From positions 74,648,001-74,712,000 of the forward strand of contig NC_043007.1 in NCBI RefSeq assembly GCF_006345805.1: DNA of 64,000 nt, read 5' to 3'. The stretch's first letter is position 1. Every line of letters begins with the position of its first letter. This document shows, piece after piece, positions 50,703 through 64,000 of the stretch. The stretch comes from Octopus sinensis. Lineage: Eukaryota. The notes below the pieces were generated by a model. It saw only the letters and a program-made list of their open reading frames with translations. It was not told the origin of the DNA and made no database searches. The position numbers were made by a program, and so were the translations under genes.

Positions 50703-51601
50703 CGCGGTCTGATCAATAAATATCCGAACTGTTGCCATAGTAACGAAGCTAAAGCACGCAGAGTAAAGCCGCTTGGCACAGATTGACTTTAAACTCTGCT
50801 GCGCAGGCGCACTAAACTTTTAGCGTTCTAGCTCACTTTCGCTGTTTACAGTAGTGCTTGGAAAGAACGTGTGTAGAGTGTAATCGTTGCATTGACCATG
50901 ACAGAGAAATTTGAACAGAGAATCGGCATCGAATTTTGCCAAAAGCTTGGCGATACCTGCTCAGAGGCCTACGCAAGATTTTCAAAATGTTTTCATTGTT
51001 CTCGACACAATGAAGGAGATTTTGTCCAACTGAAATCCAAGTGTCTTTTTGGTCAGCTGAAAGCAGTTTTGGAACAAACTTGGCTGACACGCGTCTTATA
51101 CCCAAATCTTCATTCATAATGGACTGAACTGAACGGTAACTAATCTGCACCTCCTTTGATAACTCACAGATGGTAATTCGACGATTTCCCCTCACATCTG
51201 CATACACACATCTGCGATGTTTTTCTCAGTTCTTCTGGTTGCGGGTTTCCCAGAACGTTCGTCAATATCAACATTTTCTCAGCCATCTTGGAAACGTCTG
51301 AACCACTCATACACTTGTGTACGGCTCATACACTCATCTCTGTACACTTTCTGCCACTTTGCGCAAGCCTTTGAGCATGTATTTCCATGACAACTTTCTC
51401 CTGTGATGGTCAATGCGACGATCACACACTACACACCTTCCTTCCATGCATTGCTGTAAACAGCAAAAGTGAGCTAGAACGTTAAAACTTAGTGTGCATG
51501 CACAGCAGAATTCAAGGTCAATCTTTGCCAAGCGGCTTCACTGCGGGTGCTTTAGCTTCGTTACAATGGCAACAGTCCGGATATTTATTGATCAGATCTC
51601 A
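50703..51601 (-). mobile_element. Mariner derivative made of two inverted 5' ends
   Basis: TA TSD, TIR (C/T)GxG.TCTGATCAATAAATATCCG; minus strand MSRTQVYEWF...RRVSAKFVPKLLS; plus-strand left arm encodes MTEKFEQRIGIEFCQKLG. Confidence 0.85.
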
Positions 51602-52129
51602 TACATGCATATGTGCGTGTGCGTATGTGTATACATACGGATGCATGCGTTTGTGTGTTTATGTGTTTGTGTGTGTATGTGTACGTGTGTTTGTGCGTGT
51701 AAGTGTATATGTGTGTATGTGTGGGTGTAATTATTATAAAAAATACAAAAGCCATTCACACAATTTCTATGAACGGATGACGGACTTCGAAAATGGTTCG
51801 ATCATTGTGAATAATGATAACAGCCAATATACGAATTAATTTCCCGAACGCAATACAGCTGGTGTAGACATGTAACGGCTGGTATATTTGCTTCTGAACC
51901 ATGAGCTCTGTCCTAGCTCTTATTTTTCGTATTGAATTTGTTTTATTTTTGTTATTTCATTTGAGGAATGGCCACTTTCATTCCAAACCCCAGTGGTTCA
52001 TGCATAACAGTAAGTAGACTTTATATTAATTTGATTTGGTTAACTTTAAGCATTCATGGATATTTCGCTGAGAATGTATGTTCGCACTGTTCATAAAATA
52101 TCGATAGTTTTTGTATACGTCATTATACA

Positions 52130-52165
52130 TATGTGTGTGTATATTTATGTATGTATGTATGTATT

Positions 52166-52196
<31 letters not shown>

Positions 52197-52235
52197 ATGT
52201 ATATGTATATGTATGTATGTGCATGTGTATGTATG

Positions 52236-52325
<90 letters not shown>

Positions 52326-52780
52326 GGCACTTAAAAGCTATGCACATACATAGTTGTTAAAAATGTATGTGTCTGTGTGTGTGTTAGTGTCTTTGAAAAA
52401 ACAAATGTGAGCGTGTCGTTTGAGTACTATATATATATATTATATATGCGTGTGTGTATAGACAGACACACACGCACACACACATATGTATGTATGCATG
52501 CATGCATGTATGTATGTATGTATGTATGTATGTATGCATGCATGTATGTATGTATGCATGCATGCATGTATGTATGTATGTATGTATGTATGTATGCATG
52601 TATGTATGTATGTATGTATGCATGCATGTATGTATGCATGTATGTATGTATGTATGCATGCATGTATGTATGTATGTATGTATGTATGTATGTATGTATG
52701 TATGCATGCATGCATGTATGTATGTATGTATGTATGTATGTATGTATGTATGTATGTATGTATGTATGTATGTATGTTGT
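52130..52780. repeat. (TA)n/(TG)n and (TATG)n/(CATG)n arrays
   Basis: Directly visible. Confidence 0.98.
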
Positions 52781-52988
52781 TAATTAAGGTTCAGGTAATA
52801 ACCTTGTTGAATGATATGCAAAGCTCACCTTCTATTATTAACTACCTGATGTTTTCATACAACGGAAATACCTCCCGGCAGTGGATATACACTCATAATT
52901 ATTAAACAACATTTCACTTATATCCTACCGGTGTAAAAATGCGTCGAACTATATATATATATGTGGGCGTGTGTGTGTGTGTGTGTAC

Positions 52989-53089
<101 letters not shown>

Positions 53090-53416
53090 TTGATAAGGCA
53101 CTTGAAAAATATAAACGTGTGTGAGTGTGCGTGCATATATTTTGAAGCACACTAAATATCCTATGAATATTTAGAATTCATTCATCTGTTTTTATCCACA
53201 TTTTCCTTTCGTAAAAAAAACCCCGTCAGTGACCAAATCCTTTCACAACCGGTTTTTCCGTTTTTGATTTTCTCAATTAGGAAAACAACTTGAATCTGTG
53301 TTCGTCCGTCTGACATCTTGTATCACTTGGCCGCTTGTTCTATGTAACGACTGATCAGTTGTTCAACTCTCGTTGTCAATACGTCTTTTCAACTATTCTT
53401 CTTCTTTATCTTGATG

Positions 53417-53452
<36 letters not shown>

Positions 53453-54077
53453 CTCAGTTTCTCTCTTCCTTCCTTTCTTACTCAACCCGCTCTTACACAC
53501 ACACACGGTTATTTTTCTCTCACTCGTTAGTGGATTTACTTCTTCCACTCCGTCAAATCCAAGCTTCTTTCTGAGACCTATCTCTCTCTGTCAATAAATG
53601 TAGGCCCTCCATTTCTACATTATGCTTAAATATTTTAAATATGGACTCCATATTTCTTGCTGGCTCTCCCTTTCTTACTCTTTCCTCTTCTTTTTCACTG
53701 CTCACCTCTATATTCAGCACTCTCTCATTCTTTCCCTCCTCCCCCTCCCCCCAACACACACACGTTTATTATGTCTTTGCATGCATATGTTTCCGCGTCT
53801 GTATCTTTACAAAGCAACTCTTTTATTTTAACGTTTTTATATCAAGTATTTTTTAACGCGTACATTATCTTCTTAACATGTTTTCGTAGACATCTTTTTT
53901 ATAGACTTCATGTCCATTTTTATGCATATCATATTTTCTCCACTTTAAAATCTCTCGTTCCTCAGTTCACGAAATTCCAACCTTCTACTACAAATTCTTC
54001 CTCCTCTTCTTTTTAATCTTAAACTTCCTCTTCTCTTACTCTTCCTTCATGACGACAACTTGCATATTTATTCTTAT

Positions 54078-54431
54078 TAGGCGCAGGCGTGGTTCTGTGC
54101 TGAGAAGCTTGCTTCTCAACCACCTGCTTTCAGGTTCAGTCCCACTGTGTGGCACCTTGGGCAAGTGTCTTCTACTATAGCCTGGGGCCGGCCCAGAGCT
54201 TTGTCTATGGATTTGGTAGACGGAAACTCATCGTGTATATGTGTCCATGCTGGGCCGCTGAAATCTACAATTTTTTCATCCCTCTCTTTTTATTTCTTCT
54301 TATACCTCTCTGTTGAAGAGCATAGGCTCGAAACGTAAAATACTTTCTCACTTTTCTCGTGTGTCAAACTAATGTACTTGCTTGTTGTTCATAGACCTGT
54401 CTTCGTCTTTTGTTTTTCTATAAAATTCAAC

Positions 54432-54520
<89 letters not shown>

Positions 54521-54750
54521 GCTAAATATTAATATATATGTATATGTGTGTATGTGTGACCACTGCTTGACAATCGGTGTTGGTAGATTTACGTCACAGT
54601 AACTTAGCAGTTGCACAAAGAATGGAAACGATAAGTACCAGGCCTTAAAAAGTAAAAAAAAAAAGTACTAGAGTCGATTACACTAAAAGTTCTTCAGTGC
54701 CCAGCATGGCCGCAGTCTAAACATTCGAAACAAGTTAAAGATAAAGTATA
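54078..54750 (+). mobile_element. SINE family C interrupted by a PLE terminal repeat (~54245-54432) at its internal (TA)n
   Basis: SINE head and tail surround CTGTTGAAGAGCATAGGCTCGAAACGTA...CTGTCTTCGTCTTTTG followed by (TA)n. Confidence 0.8.
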
Positions 54751-55660
54751 AAAGAATACGTTCGGGCAGATTCGAACGCAAATATACTAATTGCTGTTGT
54801 ATTCGTCACAGGAGAACAACGACTCCTTTACGAGGCTTTTGTTTTCATAAAACATTCGATTCAGCAGTACAAGAGATTCTGAGACACCGGTGTTTCGACA
54901 TCTTTCATCTTCTTAGCCAGAAGCAAACCCGGATGAATGAATCTCATCTTTTATCTTTTCCCACTTCTCTTTTTGATCTCCACCAGTTCCCTCCTTTTGA
55001 TTCTCTTCTTACTTCTAAACTTCTCCCTCGTTAAACTTTTACTTTTTCATTTGTCCTTTCCTTTATCCTCCTCACAACCCTTATCTTCGTTTGCTTTTCT
55101 GATTTAACTTCCATACTTCCTCGAATCAATATATTCCATATCCGCTTTGATACGTGCTTCGATTGTTACGTTTATATACATTTCAAACGTTCCATTTTCT
55201 TCATTGCCATTCAAAGACAGAAAGTGCGGAACTCAGAGTAACAATTTCATAAAGTTTCAGCTTCAAATGATAGCTAATATCCAACACTTTTGTAATAATA
55301 ATATATATACACACACACATTAGGCAATAAATCGTATGGTATACACCTGGTATACATATATATAGCAAAAAGGGGGCATAATAAAGTGCAACACACAATC
55401 AAAAACCGGGCTCAGGAGTGGATTCCACATTCTACTACATTATCTAGCCTGTCTCGAGATCGATGTCTCACGTTGTACTGCAACAACGGTCATTGAATTT
55501 ATTGCGGGCCACTGATGAAGTAAATGTCTATTATTGCATAATGTTTGTACAACTGTTATGTAATATTTTCAGCATTTTGATGAAACGTGTATATGTCCTA
55601 TAAAATATTGAATGACATACCTCTATTCTGTTTATTACATACATACATACATACATACAT

Positions 55661-56000
55661 GATGGCTACCCCCTCGTTATCGAGTATGGCCATTGCACGA
55701 AGCTTAACTGTTATTGGTGCTGTGATCGAATGTGACTTTTTACCCCAGCTAAAGATCTACAATGTCTTGTACAGAATTGGCAGCTAAAGCCTTTACCGGT
55801 GATAGCCGGCTGTAGTTGTAACTGGGCTTCATGTACCTTTGCATGTCGTTTAAGTCCTCCTGCCGAATTATACTCTCTTCCACATGCCTGACAGATATGA
55901 TTAGTATGGTGTGTTACACCACCACAAGCGGCCAGGTTGTCACTCATCTGTTTCGCTTTATGTATACGAAGATGACTCTTGAGTCCAGCTTTACTGAAGC
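55661..56000 (-). mobile_element. 5'-truncated RTE-like LINE end with three C2H2-like fingers
   Basis: CFSKAGLKSHLRIH / CQACGREYNSAGGLKRHAKVH / CQFCTRHCRSLAGVKSHIRSQH*, short 3' UTR with CTCG-ATAA-CGAG hairpin; (CATA)n on both sides. Confidence 0.6.
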
Positions 56001-56699
56001 ATACATACATACATACATACATACATACATACATACATACATGCATGTATGCATACAAATGTATACACACACACACACACGCTCATACGCACACACATAA
56101 TTTAAATAAGGACAGAAGTCAAATCGACATTACGATCACTGGCACTCTGCCGCTAAGCATTTTATCCGGCGCATTGTTTCTGCCAGCTCACCATCTTACA
56201 CATACAGAGTGGTTTCAAATTTTTGGCCCCAAACCAGCAATTGTGGGGGAGGGGCTTAGTCGATTATATCAATCCAAGTGTTTGACTGGTACTTATTTTA
56301 TCGAATCCGAAAGGATAAAAGACAAAGTCGACCTCAGCGGAATTTGAACTCTGAACATGAAGACGGATGAAAATACAGCAAAGCATTCTGCCCGGGTTGT
56401 TAACGATTCTGCAGGCTCGCTGCCCTCATACATATTTATAATGGTTTCAAATTTTGGCACAAAGCCAGCAATTGTTGGGGGGGGATAAATCGGTTAGATC
56501 ATCCCTAGTGTTCTTCTAGTACTTATTTTATGGACTCCGAAATGATGAAAGGCAAAGTCAACTTCAGTGAAATTCGAACTTAGAACATAAAGACACACGT
56601 ACGTTCCACTTATCATTTTGCCTGGCGTGTCAACAATTCTACCGGCTCGCTGTCCTCTTAGCCACGTCTACGATGAGTCTACGATTTTAAAAATAATTT

Positions 56700-57032
56700 A
56701 ACATAATTTTTTTATTCCATTTTAATGCATAATTTTTCGTGTGTCGATGGCGGCGGAGTTGGCGTCCATGGTCACACTTGCACCTGTTTGCTTCTCCCCC
56801 TTCTTCCTTCCCTCGTGAAGCTGTGGGGAAGGGAGTGTAAGGAAATCAACGTCGTAAAGCGTTGTCAAGGAGACCAGCGTTCTTTTAGAACAACGACTTC
56901 ATGGCTTGAAGACACCAAAACAGAAATGGCTAAGAAAGCCCGAATTGGCATCTATAAGGGAAGTAACTCTCTAAAAATGCTTATATAGTTATTTCCCTTA
57001 CAAACCCGAGCAACGCCGGGCGATACTGCTAG
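56700..57032 (+). mobile_element. Helitron subfamily 2-related element (3' end certain, 5' end not defined)
   Basis: 56964-57032 matches the 3' end of the 38602-38974 element including hairpin and CTAG|T. Confidence 0.7.
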
Positions 57033-57226
57033 TTAATGATAAATAAATAAAAAGTTAGTCAGAATTAATGAAGTTATAGTTCTTTACTGTATTTATATAC
57101 TAATAGAAAGAAATCAAAGTCCTAAAACAAATATTAGGGAGCAGTATTTCATTTCATTTCCCAAGGAAAATTTGAAGATGAGGAGAAACAGAAAAAAAGG
57201 ATACAGAAAAGGCGAGAAAGACTCAC

Positions 57227-57271
57227 TTCTAATAACAGAGTCAGGTTGTTTTGGGTTACATATCTAGCCAT
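57227..57271 (-). CDS. Candidate first coding exon MARYVTQNNLTLLLE
   Basis: GCAATGG start context, phase-0 donor GAA|GTGAGT; phase-compatible with 33610-33738. Confidence 0.35.
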
Positions 57272-57584
57272 TGCCTGACCAATAATGAGTAGGCTAAATG
57301 GGCTATTCGTTTGGACGGGTGCGTGCACGTTGATGGTGGTAGTGGTGATGGTGGTGGAGGTGGTGTGTCTATGTGTGTGTGTGTGCGTACGTGCGCGCAA
57401 ATTTCCGAGGGTGCAAAAATTTGACTGGCGTCGTATTCTGCTGTGTGCCTGTGTGTTCGTGTGACTCTGACTAATGACTAGATTGATAGCAGCGGGGGAT
57501 CAGCGCACATGGGGGGGGGGGTCTGCACGATATGCATATGTGTACACATATGCACGTGTTTGTGTATGTCCGTAATATGAACAT

Positions 57585-57615
<31 letters not shown>

Positions 57616-57786
57616 CATGAATAGCGGGAGTGGGGGGTATGGGTGTGAGTGTATGTGTGTGGATGCATTTATGTATGAGTGTGTTTCAGTGTGCCTGCAT
57701 ATTTATAGCGATCCAGGAATGTGACACTCAATTTGTAAAGTGTGTGTGTGTGTTTGTATATATGTATGTATGTATGTATGTGTGTG

Positions 57787-57822
<36 letters not shown>

Positions 57823-58044
57823 TATGCATACATAAACATACACATACACACACACACATATATATATATACTATATATGTGGGTGTATTTGTGGAGTTGT
57901 TAGCTAACTCCTCCTACATCGTTTTATCGATTTTGATGAAATTTGACACGTGAGTAGAACTCATGTCTGGAAACCTCATGGCATACTCAGATTGCGGGAA
58001 AAAATCGATAATAGGGCTCCTGAAAAGGATCTTTATATATAGCC

Positions 58045-60789
58045 AAGGTAGTCCCTGGCACTCAACCTGCATCTAATGAGGAGGATTGCTTCACCGACCT
58101 GGGCCGCCGACCATCCCACTGGACGCCAGCTCCTGGCCTGTTCCAAGCAGTCGATCATTTTGCGGACGTCTGTCGAAGCAGTCGATCATTTTGCAAGCGT
58201 CCCCGACATCTGAACATCTCCCCAGCCCAACTCTCAGCCCTTCGATGTCTCCGACACCGCAAAGACATTATCATAAAACCGGCCAACAAAGATGGGGTGG
58301 CGCGCGGACCTCTACAAGCCTGAAGCTTTCCGCCAACTTCAAGATACCTCCTTCTACTGCACTCTGCCCTCCAACCTCACGCCTAGTTACCAACAGACGG
58401 TGTCCTCCACTATCCATGACCTCATCTCCTCCTCCCGTCTCCCTCCCATCGCCTCCCACCTCATTGTCCGCACCCTAGCACCCTCACAATTTACTTCCTT
58501 CCCTAAATCCACAAACCTAACAACCCTAGCCGCCCCATCGTCTCCGCCTGCAACTGCCCAACGGAACTCATCTCCAAATTCCTCGACCGTATCCTTGCCC
58601 CTTAGTGGCTTCCCTCCCACCACACATTCACGATACTAACCATGCTTTTCGTCTTTTCAACTCTTTCTCCTTCCCTCCTGGCCCCTCTAAACTTCTCTTC
58701 AGTCATGATATCAAGAGCCTATATACGGTGAACCCACATCACGAGGGGCTTCTTACCCTCAAACACTACCTAGATCTTCGACCTAACCCCCAACCTGACA
58801 TGTCCACACTTCTTCGTCTGGCCGAACTTCTCTCCCTTAACTGCTTCTCGTTCGCGGGTGAGTTTTACTAACAAGTTTCGGGAGTGGCCATGGGAACGAG
58901 AATAGGCCCCAACTATGCGAACCTATGCTACAAGATTCATTGGTCCCATTCCTGAATAATACGGTCGTTATATCGATGGCTGTATCGGTGCGACCTCTCT
59001 CTCCCGCGAACCACGAGACTCCTTTTTCTCTTTTGTCCAAGCTTTCCATCCTGCCCTCGAATTTTCCTGCACCATTTCCAACACTTCTGTCACCTTTCTC
59101 GACATTTCGGTCAACATACATCACTCCACTCTCACCACCTCCATCCAATATAAACACAACCAACTCACAGTCACACCTCAACTTCTCCTCCTCCCACCCT
59201 AACCATACCAAGCTCTTCATCTCCTACTCCCAATTCCTAGTGATAACCATGATTTTGAGATTCAGTCTCAACTCATGACTCGCCACTTCATCCAAAACCT
59301 TCTGGTGACTGAAGTTCGACCCCTCCACTTCGCACATCTTCCCTAACCAACTCACCCCTCCTTCAAACGAGCCCACAATCTACGTGACCTCCTGGTCCAC
59401 AGTTTCTTCCTTAACCCCACCTCCCAACGGCTCCTTCCCTTGCTCCCACCCACGCTTCCGCACTTACCCCTACCTCTCCGTCACCACCATCCTCAGAGGC
59501 ACCCATCATCATCCCTATTATATCACTGACTCTTTCACATGGACTTCTAGCAACGTCATTTACTGCATCTCCTGCTCTTTCTGTCCTTCTCTGTACATCG
59601 GTCAAACGGGACGCCACTTCGCTGACCGGTTCGCGGAACACCTCCGAGACATTAAATTCTGCAACGATAACCCGGTCTCGTGCCATTTCCACTCTATCGG
59701 TCATTCATTACAACACCTGTCTGTGTTCGGATTGTCTTTGTCATCCGGACTCCCGCCTTCGCCGTGAAGAGGAATTAATCTTCTCTCTTCACTCCTTTGC
59801 GCCACATGGGCTCAACTCTCTTTCTCCTCTTCATCTGACCCCCTCCTCTCTCTTCTCTTCATCTCACACCTACTTCTCTTCTCTCTTATCCACCTTCTTC
59901 CTTCCACCTTCCCTCTTCATTGTTACCCCCTCCATCTACAACCCACCTCTACACTTCCCAACCCCACCATCCCACCCCACCCCTATACCTCCTACTCCCA
60001 TATATCCCACCCTCACACACCATAACTACCCACATACCCTCACTCCACCCTCACATCCCCACACTCCACCCTCGCATCCCTCCACCCTCACATCCCCACA
60101 CCCCAACACCACCACCTACACCACTCACCACTACATCGCATCATTCCACACCGCATCGCCACACCACACACCACCACACCACATCACAACACACCACACC
60201 ACACCACACTACCACAACACACCACACATCACCACACCACACTACCACACCACACCATCACACAACACACAACACATCACCACACCACCACTCCACATCG
60301 CACTACCCGGCACACACTAACATTGACCACTTCCCAGCACCCACACCTCACAACACCACACCACATCATCCCACGCTACACCACATCACACCAGCCCGCA
60401 CACACGAGCACTGACCACTTCCCAGCACTCACACCATCATCCACACACCTACACGTGCACACATCCACACGACAAGGTCACCAGTCCCAATCCACACGCA
60501 CACACACACTCTCACATAAACACACACGCGCACCTTCGTTTTGGGATCACCACTACTCTATTATCTCCCCTTATTCCTAGCTCTTCTGTCTCACCACCTC
60601 CGTCCAGCCAGCCGCCATGATCGACCGCTAGCCACTAAGGCATTTTTTATTCTCTCTCTGTTTATTTTCTCGTATTCCATTCTGTAGGCTCGAAACGTAA
60701 AAGACTTTCTCACCTTCCGCGCGTTAAAGTAATGCACCTGTTTGTTGTTTATACACCTGTCTTCGTCTTTTGTTGTTTTTTGTAAATTC

Positions 60790-60795
<6 letters not shown>
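58045..60795 (+). mobile_element. Decayed Neptune-like Penelope element with terminal repeat
   Basis: SHWTPAPG, IIKP..K.GG, FLPKIHKPNNPSRPIVSAC, DIKSLYT, GVAMGTRIGPNYANL, RYIDG (catalytic DD mutated, 58969-58980), VIYCISCSFCPSLYIGQTGR (GIY-YIG), APHGLN; terminal repeat ends at (TA)n. Confidence 0.9.
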
Positions 60796-60848
<53 letters not shown>

Positions 60849-60879
60849 CACAACTCTGTCGGTTACAAATGACCATGGG

Positions 60880-61195
60880 TGCACCTAAAAGACTCCCCTC
60901 GGGGTGTAAGTGTGAGCGATAGTCGCCTCACCAGCGAACGCACGACCTAGGGTTGTTTTGTGGATGACTAGCAGTCGCCCATGCATACCAGCCTCCCTTC
61001 TTCACGCCACCGATGTTACCCAATGGAAAGGGCAAATGCTGATATAGCTTGGCACCAGTGACACAATTTATTTCTACAGCTGAGTGAAAAGGAGCAATGT
61101 GAAATAAAGTGGACACAACGCGCAGCCCAGTCCGGAAATCGAACTCGCACCCTCACGATCGTAAGCTCGACGCTCTAACCACTGAGCCATGAGTT
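60880..61195 (-). mobile_element. SINE family B
   Basis: Inverted homolog of 6164-6490. Confidence 0.75.
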
Positions 61196-61312
61196 TGCGT
61201 TTGCCTGTCACCACCGTTTGACAACTAATGGTGGTTTGTATTCGGCAAAATAGATCGATCGAATAAGGCTTTAAAATATAGGTACTGAGTCGATTCATAT
61301 ATATATATATAT

Positions 61313-61545
61313 ACTCTTTTACTCTTTTACTCTTTTACTTGTTTCAGTCATTTGACTGCGGCCATGCTGGAGCACCGCCTTTAGTCGAGCAAATTGACCC
61401 CGGGACTTATTCTTTGTAAGCCCAGCACTTATTCTATCGGTCTCTTTTGCCGAACCGCTAAGTTACGGGGACGTAAACACACCAGCATCGGTTGTCAAAC
61501 AATGCTAGGGGGACAAACACAGACACACAAACATATACACACACA

Positions 61546-61585
<40 letters not shown>

Positions 61586-61740
61586 TACGACAGGCTTCTT
61601 TCAGTTTCCGCCTACCAAATCTACTCACAAGGCATTGGTCGGCCCGGGGCTATAGCAGAAGACACTTGCCCAAGATGCCACGCAGTGGGACTGAACCCGG
61701 AACCATGTGGTCGTGCAAGCTACTTACCACACAGCCACTC
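61313..61740 (-). mobile_element. SINE family C, full length, with (GTAAAAGA)n tail
   Basis: Complete structure with three tail repeats. Confidence 0.85.
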
Positions 61741-61905
61741 GGGCGCAGGAGTGGCTGTCTGATAAGAACCTTGCTTACCAACCTACCAACCACATTGTTC
61801 ATTAGTAATCGCGTTTTTACTCCCTTACCTAGCGGTCATTCAAATACCTTAATCACAGTAATTTCCCAGTAATTTCATTTTCATGGGCATTTTCTGCGAT
61901 GGCCC

Positions 61906-61978
61906 CATAACTGAAGAGGTGCCGACGTGGGTTTCCGCCCCGACATCCGATCATGGCTACCGAATAATTGTCACATTA
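61906..61978 (+). ncRNA. Truncated hammerhead-like motif related to 20322-20384
   Basis: ATAA-CTGAAGA-GGTGCCG...CGACATC-CGA followed by an apparent deletion; shares the terminal GAATA(A/T)TTGTCACAT with 20220-20410. Confidence 0.45.
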
Positions 61979-61987
61979 TAGTTACAT

Positions 61988-62044
<57 letters not shown>

Positions 62045-63379
62045 TGTATGTATGTATATATGTATGTATGTATGTATATATATATGTATGTATGTATTTG
62101 TGTGTCTGTGTTTGTCTTCCCACCATCGCCTGGCAACCGATGTGGGTGTGTTTATATCCTCATCACTTAGCGGGTCAGCCAAAGGGTCCGATTAAATAAG
62201 TACTAGGCTTATAAAGAATAAGTCCCGAGGGCGATTTGTTCGACTAAAGGTGATGCTTCAGCTTGGCCGCAGTCAAATGACTGAAACAAGTAAAAGAATT
62301 AAAAGATATACATATATATATGTGTGTGAGTGGATGGGTGTATGTAAGTATATGTATTATATATGTGTGCGTGTGCGCGCGAGTGTGTGTGTGTGTGCGT
62401 GTATGTGTGTGTGTGTGTGTGTGCAAGTCATCGTGTGCAAATACACAAAACCTGAATACAAACGTTATTCCTTTTATTTTATTTTAAACCCACACTGTTC
62501 ATAGACAGATGTTGCCCTGCCAAGTAGTTTTATGCCGGCTAATGATGCCAATCATACACAGAACTACTTAGCCTACAATCTCTCTCTACACAAAACCTAT
62601 CCATCTGCTAACAGAAATACCAGATGCTCGTGTTCTATGTTTAGTCACTGAGCAGCGATCAAATTCTCCGCTCTCTTCCAAAAGTGCTCTTACCAACCCT
62701 AGAAGCGTGTGATGATGCAAATTATTTGTGTTGCATTTTTTAGCTTTAGTGCGCATCGTGAAAATCAGTCTCTTGCTTATAGCAATATTTACAGTAAAAC
62801 ACTTCTGATAAAAATGAAATAGTCTCCTTCACCTTCTAGCTTCACGAAAGGCTGTTATCTACTATTCTAAAATCAGTATTGATCTAACTAGGGTGTTGCA
62901 CTAGCGGTTGTTTGTTTGCACTAGGTGCAAGCATGGCTGCGTAGTTAAGAAACTCGTTTTGCGTCTACGTGTTTACGAGTTCACTCCCACCGCGCGGTAG
63001 TCAACCAATGCCCTGTGAGTGAATTTGGTCTTCGAAATTCTTTCGTTGATACATTCGTCGGCCTGGCGGTCTAAAAAAAGCAGAGGAATTCTTGGTTTGA
63101 AATCATTTAGATTCTATTTTTTTTTAATGTTTTATGTTTACAATATTTCCAGCAAATTCTGAAGTGATATGTTCATTATGTTATTTTATATAATGGCGAT
63201 TGCAATGATATTTGCGTCCCCCAAAATAGTTCCAGCAACACCAATTAACGGAAAATATTCAGTCAATCCCTTTTTATTTTTCTCTCATTTCCGTGTCTCC
63301 GAGAGATCGACCTCGCAGTCTGGGTTACTTTTCTTTCCATTTAGCAGTTTGAGAATGTTTCCTGGGTAGTTTTTTGAGA

Positions 63380-63790
63380 TAACTGTTTCTTCTTCTTCTT
63401 CTGCTTCTCTTCTTCTTCTTCTTCTTCTTTCTTCTTCTTCTTCTTCTTCTTCTCCTCCTCCTCCTTCTTATTGTTATTCTCCTCCTCCTCCCCTTCTTCT
63501 TCAGTTCCCCTCCTCCTCCTCTTTCTCCCCTTCATCTCCTCTCCTTTTTCTTCTTCTTCACTTCCCCCTCCTCTTTCCTCTTATCTTTCTCCTTCTCCTT
63601 CTCCCCTTCTTCTTCTTCACTTCCCCTCCTCCTCCTCTTTCCCCTTCATCTCCTCCCCTTCTTCTTCACTTCCCCTCCTCATCTTTCCCCTTCATCTCCT
63701 CCCCTTCTTCTTCTTCACTTCCCCTCCTCCTCCTCTTTCCCCTTATCCACTTTATCATCCTCCCCCTCCTCCTCCTCCTCTTCTCCCTCA
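63380..63790. repeat. (CTT)n/(CCT)n polypyrimidine low-complexity tract
   Basis: Directly visible. Confidence 0.95.
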
Positions 63791-64000
63791 TATCGTTAAT
63801 CCTTTGTGATTTCCATTTTATTCTTTTTCTGACCAGCCAATTTTTCACTTCAAGAGAACTGGTCAAAATTTCCTTCCTGTAATTTCAGCGCTTTATCCGA
63901 TATTCAGTCAGATCTGTTTACCTTTGTTTGATTTTTGTAACCCAATCCTTTGCCTTAGCGCATTTCTTAATATCAAAATACCACAGCAATAACACCACGG

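Noticed and set aside
55711-56076. Host C2H2 zinc-finger gene exon
   Set aside because: No acceptor, no TGEKP linkers, the 5' end runs into (TATG)n, and the 3' UTR looks retroelement-like; kept only as a TE feature.

Overview
Eukaryotic, AT-rich, extremely repeat-dense DNA. The SINE families and microsatellite load look like an octopod cephalopod (Octopus-like), which is a recognition from memory and not a database result. No complete host gene is present, and almost all ORFs in the supplied track are microsatellite or SINE artefacts. Real protein-coding remnants come from mobile elements: a near full-length R4/Dong-type RLE LINE (40370-44310, minus, two frameshifts), two more R4-type fragments and a further RLE-LINE fragment, an internally deleted L1/Tx1-type LINE interrupted by a Helitron, two Penelope-like elements (PLEs), RTE fragments, and Tc1, mariner and hAT remnants. 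Also present are pogo/Tc2, piggyBac and hAT MITEs with verifiable TSDs, non-autonomous Helitrons, two possible solo LTRs and dozens of tRNA-derived SINEs from three families. The most interesting signals are: (i) four different short-repeat families carrying type I hammerhead ribozyme motifs, including a compensatory U3-A8 core variant and a family-wide A6U variant; (ii) a nested pattern in which elements sit inside microsatellites carried by other elements, with (TAA)n, (TA)n and (CATA)n preferred by different families; (iii) SINE multimers with identical junctions at several loci; (iv) a chain of candidate minus-strand exons that may encode an unrecognised secreted or membrane protein across about 55 kb.
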